A DNA stretch of 59,797 nt, from contig PS015049.1 in NCBI GenBank assembly GCA_048213135.1, positions 67,499-127,295 on the forward strand, read 5' to 3'. The notes beneath the pieces were generated by a model. The model ran no database searches and was not told the origin of the DNA. It saw nothing but the letters and a program-made list of their open reading frames with translations. Source of the stretch: Reclinomonas americana ATCC 50394 (taxonomy: Eukaryota). Positions 1 to 10,966 of the stretch are shown in pieces. A program made the position numbers and the translations under genes. How positions within the stretch are numbered: position 1 is the first letter of the stretch; every line of letters starts with the position of its first letter.

Positions 1-1879
1 CCTGTGTGTGTTTCTGCCTTTGCCGATGATCGTCACGTGGTGGTGTCTTCTGTTCGTGAGGCGCAGCTGGTCCTGGATCTGTCCAAGCGTTTGGCCGAGT
101 GGTCTGGCATTGCCGACAACCCGCAGAAGTCATTGGTGCTGGCTCTGCGTGCTCGGAACAAGCCGACTGGTCCAATGCAGGCGCAGAATTTTGTGGCGGA
201 GGAGTTCGATCCCGAGCTGCTGATGGCTGGCACTGCGTTGCGATCCATGTCATCCGTCACTGAATGCGATCGTTAGCGCCTTGGCTACCCGTTCTACTCA
301 CCGACTCGTACAAGTGAGGCGAAGAAGCAAGTGGCGGAGATGCTGGAGAAGCAGCTCTTCACTCCGGTCGATGCCATGAAGCAGTCGTCGTTGTTGCAGC
401 TCCAGAAGGTGGATGCCGTTCGCCGCTTCGTCCTCACCGAGGCCACCTTTGTCATGTCGGCGGTGAACGTGCTCCCTAGATTCGACCGCAAGATCCGCGA
501 CAGCATCCGACTCTGCCTTGGCCTCGACAACGACTCCGGCACCCCCTTCCTCTACACTCCGCTGTCTCGGCCTGTACTCTGTGGTGGAACGAGCGGCCTC
601 TCTGTTGATCAACTCGGCGGTGAAACTGCTGACACACCGCCAATCGCTGGCTTGGCGTGTGGCGGAGCACGTGCTCCATTGCTCGGTGAAGGCGGCCGGT
701 GGTCATGTTGATGACTTTTCGCCGTTGCCGACTGCTGGTTTGGTGGCCAAGTACCGGCAGACGAACGAGGTCACAGACGTCAATCGCCAACAGCTGCCAG
801 TTGCCACACCTCAGCGGTATTTCTCTGTGTTACTGTCTCCTGTTGCTCCTCCGGCTGGTGCTGCTGCGGTTGCTCCTGGTGCAGGTACTCGGTTTCAAGT
901 GGCCACTGATCCGAATGCTCCTCGCCGCGCTGTTCGCTCCAATCTGATGGGTGTTGCTCTCGGGCACGCTCTGAAGTTGGGTGTCAGTGTGGAAGTGCAT
1001 CCGGCTGCTGCGCATTCTGCTGGNNNNNNNNNNNNNNNNNNNNNNNNNNNNNNNNNNNNNNNNNNNNNNNNNNNNNNNNGTGTGGTGCCTTTGTCGACTC
1101 TCTGGAACCCATGACTTGGTGGCTCAGGGCAGCGGCATCACCGAGAAGGAGCAGCGCTTCCTGTGCAAGATGTGGACCAACTCCGTCATGCTCAACACCA
1201 AGGCGGCGGTCTTCAGCGGCAACCCGGCTGGCCCTGCCTCGCTGTGCCCACTCTGTGGCAAGGAGTCGGAGTCGCTGGTCACTTGCTCAACGGCTGTGAA
1301 AAGCTGAAGGGCTTGTGGACGACGCGCCACGACAACGTGCTCGACGTCCTTCAAGCGGCTCTGGTGCGGCGCCCCAAGGTGGACGGTGTGGCGTGCCAGC
1401 TGGTGCGCGAGTGTGTCGACATTGGCTTGCTGCCCGCGGCGGTGGACTTTGCCAACCACGCCAACTTCGCCAGGCTCAAGCCGGACCTCACCCAGCTGGT
1501 TCATACCAGAGAGGGGACTGGTGAGATCTGCTCGGTCCAGGTGGTGGAGTTCGCCAACGAAGACTCGGTCAAATCTGCTGTCAACGGCAAGAAGGCCAAG
1601 TACGACACGTTGGTCGACGCCGTCAAGCAGAAGGTTGGCGATCAGGCCAAGGTTGAGCTGGTGGTGCTCCCTGTGACCTCGATTGGCACGGCTCTGGCCT
1701 TGGTGTCGACTGGCCTCGAGCTCCGTCGTCTCGGCGTGCGCAACGTCCGACAGTGCATCTCCCGCCTTTGCACGACAAGCTTACGTACAAGTTACTCGAT
1801 GTTTGTCCAACGATGCAAGGGAGTGTGTGGTGCACAGGTTCAGGCCGGAGTGCAACTTGCTCATGGTGGTGTGCTGTGA
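1..1879 (+). mobile_element. 3' part of an RLE-type (R2/NeSL/CRE-like) non-LTR retrotransposon, disrupted
   Basis: RT motif AFADD (near 13-27) followed by NPQKS and a degraded (Y)LG motif. C-terminal CCHC knuckle CPLCGKESES-GHLLNGC (across a 1-nt frameshift near 1275), then RHDNV, KPDL and E...K..KY of the restriction-like endonuclease. No introns; stop at 274-276 and several frameshifts. Confidence 0.85.
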
Positions 1880-2104
1880 GAGAAGTAACAGTTCCCCAAT
1901 NNNNNNNNNNNNNNNNNNNNTGGTAGATGCTCATTGTTGTGTATGGATCAGTGAAGTTTCTATTATTATATCGGGGGGACACAGCGGCAGCTGCGTGTTC
2001 GATGCGACGATAAATTAATATTAATTGTATATATAATTGTGCTGCTCGCGAGAACAACATAAACTTACCACCGCTGCGATCACTTTGAGAGTTTGGCTGA
2101 GCTC

Positions 2105-3168
2105 ATGACGGTTCCGCTGGATGACCTCGTCGTGTACATGTGTTGCATGTTGGAGGAACGCTCTCGCGATGCCATGTCCGACCTGCGCGAGAAGGGCGCC
2201 ACCAAGTTTTCCATGTAAGTGCTAGCATCTAGTTCAACTGTACTCCATTGAGCTTTGCGCTTGTCCCACACCAGCAGAATGCGCGAAGGCTCACGACTGC
2301 TGCGTGATTTACGTGTCGCAGTGGCCGAATCACATCCGTGTACACCGAGATTGTCGGCTCTCGCGTTGAGGATGGGCAGGAGGTTATCGAGGTGGGCCGA
2401 GTCCGTTTCGAGAACGCTACTGCGCCGCCCTACACGGACGGTAGCTGCGACCAGGTCGGGTGCTGCCTTTGTCGCGACATTATGCGCCCATACGATGAAC
2501 ACTGCTGCGGCTGCTGCAATTTCAAGCGCAATCGCGAGTGTTACTGCTGCCCTCAGCCATGCGGCGGAACGAAGGCACACTGCTTTCGCTGCTGCCATTG
2601 CGCGATATGCATGTGCTTTGGACCGCCTGCGTGCATTGCCACCAGCGCAATCGGTGTCATCGGCGCCCCTTTTTCGTGGACAATGGCGCCGTGCGGTTGC
2701 TGCTCCTCCGACGTCTGCTGCATCTGCCGCTGCACCTCGGCTGGTATGCGACACGCTTGTGGTTGCCCGTTGGCGTGTTGCTGGTTCGTGTGCCGCTGCT
2801 GCCCGTCGCGAGTCTGCTCCTGCATGGACGAAATGCGCGAAACGGCACACCATGACATGTGGCTTTACCTCCAGCATCACCGCACGCGCGACACGGATGG
2901 CCGAATTCGCCATTTCGCACTGCTGGGCACGAGGACTAGCGAAAACGAGGGCATTCCGCTGTTGCCTGGCTGCTGCAGTATGGGCAGCGGCGGCAATTTT
3001 ATCGACGACATCGATCGCGAGGGCCCGGCCGCGGGCACCGGAGCTCGAGCTGCGGCGAATGCGGAAGATGAGCGCCGCCGGATCTGCTTGAGTTTCCCTG
3101 GCACTGCAGCAGACTTCACGCGAGTGATGACTGCTTCCCTGGCCAAGGTCCGCGCCGCTCCGCAGTGA
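2105..3168 (+). CDS. Cysteine-rich protein of unknown function (2 exons: 2105-2214, 2322-3168)
   Basis: ATG at 2105; a GTAAGT...GCAG intron (2215-2321) joins in frame to the 2338-3168 ORF; about 35 Cys in about 130 aa around a hydrophobic segment. Confidence 0.7.
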
Positions 3169-3491
3169 CGGTACCGGTTATCAGCTCCTGTCTCCGTTTT
3201 GCCAGGCGCCGCAGCTAGCGCGCGCAGCTGCAGCGGCGCCCTTCCCTTTCCTTCATCACCAGTCAGTGAGCATCCGGATCCTTCAGCACGAATACCCGCT
3301 GCGCCAACAAGCCTCGTGCGTGTGCTTCAGAGTGAATCCGTGATGCCATCTACATTGCAATATTGTATAATAATAGAAACTTCACTGATCCACAACAATG
3401 AGCATCTACCAGTGATCGCCAACAAGATCATGACGCGCGCGCGCGCTCGTACCAGGCAATAGCGCACGTACCACCATCAGCGGAGGCTGAC

Positions 3492-3555
3492 CAGCAGTCG
3501 AATGCACCTCCACACTGACATCCAACTTGTAGAGCGTGTCTGAGAGCAACACCCA
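3492..3555 (-). mobile_element. Short inverted fragment homologous to the retroelement at ~947-1010
   Basis: Reverse complement tgggtgttgctctcagacacgctctacaagttggatgtcagtgtggaggtgcattcgactgctg aligns with tgggtgttgctctcgggcacgctctgaagttgggtgtcagtgtggaagtgcatccggctgctg. Confidence 0.7.
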
Positions 3556-3664
3556 GCTGACACTTGCCATGGTCAACGCAGCTGGTGAGCCACTGGAGGA
3601 TGTCGCGTCAAGACTCGAGCTGCCGGAACATCACGATCTGATTCAGCAAGAGACAAGGCGGAAT

Positions 3665-3975
3665 GAGGCACTTGTTTTCAAAGTTCGATCGCGACCTGTT
3701 CTCAATGCATTTGTGCTTCATGCAAACGCAACAGACGGAGGGGAGAGAGGGTGGGAGAGCGCACTCACAACGAGTGGCTTCTTGCATGCAGGCGAGACAA
3801 GGAGCGACACTACCTGTTTTCAAAGTTTGACCCGTTTTGAATGCTGTTCGTTTTTCACGCAAACGCAACGAACGGAGGGGAGAGAGGGTGAGAGAGCGCG
3901 CTCACAATGAGTGGCTGCTTGCATGTGGGCGAGACAAGGAGCGACACTGCAGGCACTTGTTCGCGATGTTCGAAC
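3665..3975. repeat. Diverged tandem repeat, ~137-bp unit, two copies plus a partial third
   Basis: gcaaacgcaac..acggaggggagagagggtg.gagagcgc.ctcacaa.gagtggct.cttgcatg..ggcgagacaaggagcgacact occurs at ~3722 and ~3859. Confidence 0.8.
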
Positions 3976-3991
3976 GTCACTCAATGCGTTG

Positions 3992-4060
<69 letters not shown>

Positions 4061-4910
4061 GACGACAGTACGTAGGTTAGTTACGTTACGTACGTACGTA
4101 CGAACGAAACGAACGAACGACGTACGACGACGACGACGACGACGAACGTACGACGTACCACCGACNNNNNNNNNNNNNNNNNNNNNNNNNNNNNNNNNNN
4201 NNNNNNNNNNNNNNNNNNNNNNNNNNNNNNNNNNNNNNNNNNNNNNNNNNNNNNNNNNNNNNNNNNNNNNNNNNNNNNNNNNNNNNNNNNNNNNNNNNNN
4301 NNNNNNNNNNNNNNNNNNNNNNNNNNNNNNNNNNNNNNNNNNNNNNNNNNNNNNNNNNNNNNNNNNNNNNNNNNNNNNNNNNNNNNNNNNNNNNNNNNNN
4401 NNNNNNNNNNNNNNNNNNNNNNNNNNNNNNNNNNNNNNNNNNNNNNNNNNNNNNNNNNNNNNNNNNNNNNNNNNNNNNNNNNNNNNNNNNNNNNNNNNNN
4501 NNNNNNNNNNNNNNNNNNNNNNNNNNNNNNNNNNNNNNNNNNNNNNNNNNNNNNNNNNNNNNNNNNNNNNNNNNNNNNNNNNNNNNNNNNNNNNNNNNNN
4601 NNNNNNNNNNNNNNNNNNNNNNNNNNNNNNNNNNNNNNNNNNNNNNNNNNNNNNNNNNNNNNNNNNNNNNNNNNNNNNNNNNNNNNNNNNNNNNNNNNNN
4701 NNNNNNNNNNNNNNNNNNNNNNNNNNNNNNNNNNNNNNNNNNNNNNNNNNNNNNNNNNNNNNNNNNNNNNNNNNNNNNNNNNNNNNNNNNNNNNNNNNNN
4801 NNNNNNNNNNNNNNNNNNNNNNNNNNNNNNNNNNNNNNNNNNNNNNNNNNNNNNNNNNNNNNNNNNNNNNNNNNNNNNNNNNNNNNNNNNNNNNNNNNNN
4901 NNNNNNNNNN

Positions 4911-4960
<50 letters not shown>

Positions 4961-4984
4961 ACGACGAACGAACGACGACGAGAC

Positions 4985-5042
<58 letters not shown>

Positions 5043-5050
5043 CGAGGGAG
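3992..5050. repeat. (GA)n and (GAC)n microsatellites flanking an assembly gap
   Basis: Directly visible. Confidence 0.9.
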
Positions 5051-5694
5051 AGTGAGACGCCCACCAAGCACATCCACCACCCTATTCCACACGGCGACTC
5101 GACCTTCAACTTCCCCCACACAGCCGGCAGCGGCGACAGAGCCAGCAAGGTGGAAAGAAAGTGCTTCGCCTACGGCCTGAAGGAACACACTGGAGAATTG
5201 TACTCTCTCGCCGTTACTCCCGACGGTCAACACATTCAGTGGACTGGCGAATGGAGGAAGCTTAAGTGCTGCGATGATATACTTCGCGATGAATTGACAA
5301 AGAACAAGCACTTAATTTAAGCTTCATTTCACCACATTATTCATTGCAATCATGCGCAGCGACAAATGTCCATTATATGTTAAAGAAGAGGGGGCAGGTT
5401 GTTCTTTCACTCACGACCAACAAGCATGCAGTGAAGTTCCATCATCAGCAAGTATGGTCGATATCAGATTCAGCAAGTGGCCGTCTAGCCGACCATGATC
5501 CATCAGCAGCAAGAAAACCCCATCAGCGAACCCGCACCATCCAGCGACACAATCCTAGTCCCTCTGCCGTCCACCCTTGTTCCTTGACCCTCGTGCACTT
5601 CACCATCTCCTGCAACCTTGGCGGAACGCACCTTTTCGCCTTGCTACCCTTGGCCTTCAACCCACTTCGGCCGAAAATTTTCCACTCTTGTTTA

Positions 5695-8600
5695 CTACAC
5701 GGTGCCGTCGACATGCGCCGCGGGTGCAGCGGCCGTCTCTGTCGCTGCCACAGGCTCTACGGTGGTGGCGGCAAGTGCGGCGGCGACGGCGTCTGGAGGC
5801 GGGGCTTTGGTGTAGGCGCGCTCGTTCTCGGCCTCCCACTCGTCGCGTAGCGTGCGCAGGAACACGGCGGGCGTGTCGAGCTGTTGCAGGAAGAAGCCGC
5901 ACGGTCGCTGCCAGTCGACACTGACGGTCACGGCCGCGCCGAGTTCGTGCGGTGGTAGGCAGAGCGGCGAGGTCACCACGTCTTGCCGCGGCATGTCGCC
6001 GTACACAATCAGTTGCGCAAAGCCACGAATGGCCGCCACCTGCGTGACCATCGGCGATGAGTGTTAAAGAGGGGGGAAAATCTCAACTCGTGACACACTC
6101 ACCGCCGTGAGGCACATGGGAAAGTTGATTTGCTCGCCATCCATGACAATGAGGTGCAGCTTGCTGCGCGGGAATGAGCGCCACTCTTGCCAGCAACCCA
6201 ACAGCGGCATGGTGACAAAGAAGACGCGTGCGGCGGAGGTGACATCCACAGCCTGCAGAGGATGAGTAAATGCAAGTGCATGGCCTGTCGTGCCACTGGC
6301 GTGTTCTTGTTCATTGCACACACCGACATGAGCGATTGCGTCGTCGACTCCACATGGCACCACTCCTGCTCGGCGACAAGCGAGTCGGGACGGGGTAGCC
6401 GCGAAATACCGTCGGGTGCGTCTGCAGTGTATCGCGAGATGAGCGTCGCCACGCAGTGCGCATCATGCTTCGAGAGACCACACACACACACCTTCGCGGA
6501 CAGTGACCGACGACAAGCCCGGCAGCAGCTGCAGGTATCGCGCTCGCGTAGCCAGCATCTGTGCATGACTCGCAAACAGCAGCATCACTTTCGAGTCGTG
6601 AAGCATGGTGGTCAGCAAGTCCACCATGCCCAGCTGGAGCAGCTTGCGACCTGGAAGGAGAGGGAGTGGCATGTTGAGAGCGAAGACACAATCACGGTGA
6701 GATAGAGGAGTCAACACAATAGCGCACCACACTGGGGCAGGGCTCGGATCAACAGCACTCCGTGCACCAGTGACTTTTGAAGCGCCGTCTGCTGTCCAAT
6801 GGTCCACTTTTCAATGCCCCACAGCGGACACCGTGCAGTCAGGTGGCTCTGCACCGCGTGGCGGCTGAACCGCTCGGTCAGATTCATGGTTTTGCCACTG
6901 GCCACACGCTTCATGCGCTGCGGCAGTGCCGGGTCGGTGAGGAATCTGGGGGAGGGAGAGAGGCGGCCGTGAGGAAACGCGACGAGGGTGGAGGCACGAG
7001 CATACAACGCACCGACGCAGACTGAGGCCAAGAACGCGCAGCAGCCAGTATCTGGCCTCGAGGGGAGCGGTCTCGAGGTGAGCAAGTTGGGCGGCGTACG
7101 ACAGCTGTCGACAAGTACGTCGTGAGAAGAACCGCAATGCAAGAAGAGAGCGACAGGGAAAATTCCCGCACCGGAGGACGACCATCAATGAGACCATCGA
7201 GTGCGGTGACCAGTTGGCGCGCGTCGACTTGCATCGGCTGCAGGTAGTTGAACGGGTCCTGCGCCACCACGGAGCGAATTCTCTCGTCGCCCATGTGCAA
7301 CACGTGCTGCCGCCCAATGTCGATATTCTCAAAGGCCGCCAGCAGCGGCACCATGAAGCGCACGTCGCCGGCCGCGTAGTCGAGCAGCACCTCCTTCATC
7401 GGGCGCACTTCCCACAAGTTCCACTCCTTCCGCATCATGTCCTTGACACTGATCTGAGTGGAGGGAAGTTAGACGAAAGAGGTGCATGCTACTGTACTCC
7501 AGCAGGATGAGGCGCGAAACTTTCTCGTCCACAATCGGCAAGTTGAAGAACTTGAGCACGTCATTGACACCGCAGCTGTTGCCCTTTTTGTGTGCGCCGA
7601 CGCGACGCTGGAGATCATTCATGGCCAGGAACGTGTCGAACACGCCGCGCGGAATGATGCCAAACTGGTGCGACAGTGCCGCCGTGTCGCAGCGCAGGTC
7701 GTGGATCACCTTGATGATATCCTCGCGCTCCAAAATCACTCGAAGCAACTGTATGTGAATGAGGGAAGGCGGTGAGGTGAGAGAGAGAAAAGGAGAGAGA
7801 GTGTGTGAGAGAGAAAGGGAGTGCGAGAGAGAGGGATGAAGAGGGAAAGGGAGAGAGTGTAAGAGAGAGGGCGACCATTACGTCAGCGAGCACAAAAAGA
7901 GAGAGGGATGAGAGACAAGACAACGCATTCGTGAGAGGAGAGAGAGGGGGGGGATGGAGGGAGGGAGCGAGAGACGCAACGCTGTCCTCTCGCGCCAGCA
8001 TTGTCGGCTCAACCACCACCTAACAAAGCAAGCATGGCATCAGGCGAGGGGGAACAACAACAGCAGCATCACAGCAGTAGCAACAGTACGCACGTCAAAC
8101 AGATACACATTCTGATCGACATCAGACAGTTGCATCAGGCAGAGACGACCTCTGGACATCGCAGTGAGCACACACCACGAACGCTTGCACAAACGATTGA
8201 ACTCACGTGTATCCGAGACTGACACCCTCACAATCCCAGCCAAGCACAGTGCTCGAGTCCAGCAATCGTTGCGACACGGCCTGGCACTGCGCGTACGTCG
8301 TGATGTAGTGCGTCTCGGCACTGTCGTTTGGCACAAACGGGATTGGAGCTATGCATGCACGCAGATGAGACGATCATCAACCATAGGAACAAACACGCAG
8401 TCGATCGCGTCCACGCACGAGGATCAGGCATGCGAATGGTTCCCGACGACTCTGCGCACAGCATCATTCGTCAGTGGAGAGAACGAAGAAGAAGGAGAGA
8501 GAGAGAGAGAGAGAGGAGGAGGAGGAGGAGGAGGAGGAGGAGANNNNNNNNNNNNNNNNNNNNCGGAGGAGGAGAAGAAGAAGACGGAGGAGGAGAAGAA

Positions 8601-9035
8601 GAAGACGGAGGAGGAGAAGAAGAGGAGGAAAACAAGGAGGAGGAGGAACCCGCAGCAGCAAACAACAGGAAGCCCGTCGCACCAGACAGCAACCTCCGCG
8701 TGATGGAAAGCGTATGCAACGCATGATGCAAGCCAATCATGATCTTGTTGCCAACCTGGGCAACCAAGGTAAACAACACACTCACATAAACTCATTCCAA
8801 AAAAACACACTCGTCGGACTTGCCTCCTTATCCTTTGCAGAGGCATATGAGAGACACCGCAGCATCGCAAGTGACTCGCCCACCTGTGCCTGTGCTGTCT
8901 CCACCTCGCGACACACAGCCTGCACAAAGGAAGAGAAGTGAGAGACAATGAGAGGCAGAGAGGGTGAGAGGGGGAGAGAGAGAGAGTGCGTGTGTGTGTG
9001 TCTCAGTGTGCGTCTGCGTCTGTCAGTCAGTCTGC

Positions 9036-9076
<41 letters not shown>

Positions 9077-9340
9077 TGTGTGTGTGTGGGTGCGTGTTGA
9101 CCTCCCTCTTCTCTTCTCTCTCTTCTCTCTCTCTCTTCTCTCTTCTCTTCTCTTCTCTCTCACACACACTCTCTTCTCTCTTCTCTCTCTCTCCTCTCTC
9201 ACCTCATAAGGAAAGCCCGCATGTGCAATGTGCGCGGGAATGAGCCTATCGCCCGCAGTCGAGGAGGAGTCAGTGGCAAGTGACGAGCACGAGGCCTCAT
9301 CACTCACACCGTCCTCAGTGACCACATCATCCTCTGCACC
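5695..9340 (-). CDS. EXD1/Egalitarian-like DEDDy 3'-5' exonuclease with a C-terminal degenerate Upf1-like SF1 helicase domain (multi-exon; 5' end uncertain)
   Basis: Spliced product: LGWDCEGVSLGYTGRLCLMQL...VYLFDV...KVIHDLRCDTAALSHQFGIIPRGVFDTFLA...WEVRPMKEVLLDYAAGDV (ExoI/II/III). Downstream: QQTALQKSLVHGVLLIRALPQCGRK...KVMLLFASH...RVFFVT...LIVMDGEQ...QLIVYGD. Stop at 5695. Confidence 0.8.
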
Positions 9341-9724
9341 TGCACACACATAGGGAGTGAGACACAGAGAGTGAGCAGAGAGGAGCAAAGACACACAGCG
9401 CAACTGCTCATGAGACTTGTATGACAGAGAGAGAGAGGACATTCGATTCACTGTGTCCTCCGTCCTTCGTCGTTCTCAATGAGCGACGAGCAGCCTCGCT
9501 GTCCACTCAACTGGAGTGTACGCGAGGAGCCCACTGCCTCCTCCTCCACCGGCCTCGTTGGAGCAGTTGCGTAGCCGCAATCTCGAAGAAAAAAACAACA
9601 AGTTTGCGCGCGAAAATCACACTCACAAAAAAAACAGCGTCGCGGTGTCACTCTTCCTCCGATTGTCGTTGCCCCACAACTGCCTTCCTTTAGCGGCGGC
9701 AGTGATGCAGGCGCAGAGGCTTCT

Positions 9725-10794
9725 ATGATTGTGGCCGCGGCCTTGGCTGCAGCAGCTGCGCGACAGACAGAGACGTCGTCGCCGGTGACTCCTCCCCACT
9801 ATGCGCCTTCGCCACTGTCGCCGACGCGTTTGTGGGCCGGTCAGCAGGTGTATCAGTATGCTCCGGTGGTGGTGGCGAGTGAGGCGGAGGAGGCGGCGTA
9901 TTATGAGTCGGCAATTGCGTTGGAGCTGAAGGCGTTTGCGGCGGATCTTGGAGCTGCTTCTTCCTCGACGACCACAACGACGACTACTGTGAGTGGGAAG
10001 CGTTTGCGAGGGGAGGACGAGCAGGAGGAGCAGGTGGCGGCGACGGTGGCGGTCAAGAGACCACCGAGAAAGCGCAGAAAGCTGCTGATCTCGTCGGACG
10101 ATGGTGCCGATCGGAAGAAGAAGAAGAAGAAGGCGAAACGAAAGACACTGGCATCACCTTCCTCCTCGTCATCATCATCATCGTCATCGTCTTCATCGTC
10201 GTCGTCATCATCCTCTGATGAAGGCGACGATAAGCCACTGTCGGCGCTGCTCAAGGGAAAGAAGGGCAAGCAGGTCAATCATCGTTGTACACCACCACAG
10301 TCGTTCCATCTGTGTGCTCACTGCCGACGTGCAGGCCAAGAGTGCTGCTGCTGCTGCTGCTGCCCCTGCTCCACCACCACCGCCACCACCTCCAGCTCCG
10401 GCTCCGGCGCAACCTGCGCCGCCCAAGATCCGCACCAGTGGCAAGAAGCTGAAGATTGAGCAGGCGGAGATCCCGCGCTTCAAGTACGACTCGACAGCGC
10501 CCATCTTCAGGTGCCCCTCCTCATCCTCGCCAGTGATGCCCCTTGTTTCTCATTCACATGTCCTTGCGCAGTGGCATTCGGCAAAAGATGTTGGGTGCAC
10601 TGATCGAGCAAGCGGCGTGGTTGCCGCAATGCCTCAACGCGAAACACGTGATTCGGTACGCGATGCAGCTGGAGGAGAACGCGTACACTCGGAGTCGTGG
10701 AGTTGAGGTGGTGTACAAGGGATCGATAGCGGCCGATGTGATGCGCATCAAGAGGGCGGTGGCGAGCAAGGAGATGTTGACAGATGTGCGGTAA
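9725..10794 (+). CDS. Low-complexity, probably nuclear protein with a C-terminal helical domain resembling the REXO1/TFIIS-M-like region (3 exons)
   Basis: Basic clusters (KRPPRKRRK, KKKKKKAKRK) and Ser/Pro runs; GT-AG introns near 10274 and 10511; C-terminus IRQKMLGALIEQ...LEENAYTRS...VYKGSIAADVMRIK. Confidence 0.6.
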
Positions 10795-10966
10795 ACGACA
10801 AGAGTAGATTTGGCTTGGGAAACGAAACAGCATTTACACACACACGCACTCACGCATGCACACGCGGAGGATCCGGTGGCTGGTGGGAGGGGAAAGAACA
10901 ACGGGAAACACGCACGACCGGCACAATGAGGACGGCAGATATTTGGGGGTATGAAGCGCAGGAGAC

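Noticed and set aside
2060-2090. aaacttacc...gatcac resembling the 5' end of U1 snRNA
   Set aside because: Spacing and stems do not fit U1, no Sm site is evident, and the sequence runs into the Cys-rich gene's start.
4060-4165. Odd tacg/acga/cgac mixture resembling a novel repeat
   Set aside because: It follows a long (GA)n run at a contig end and looks like pyrosequencing flow-order (TACG) noise.
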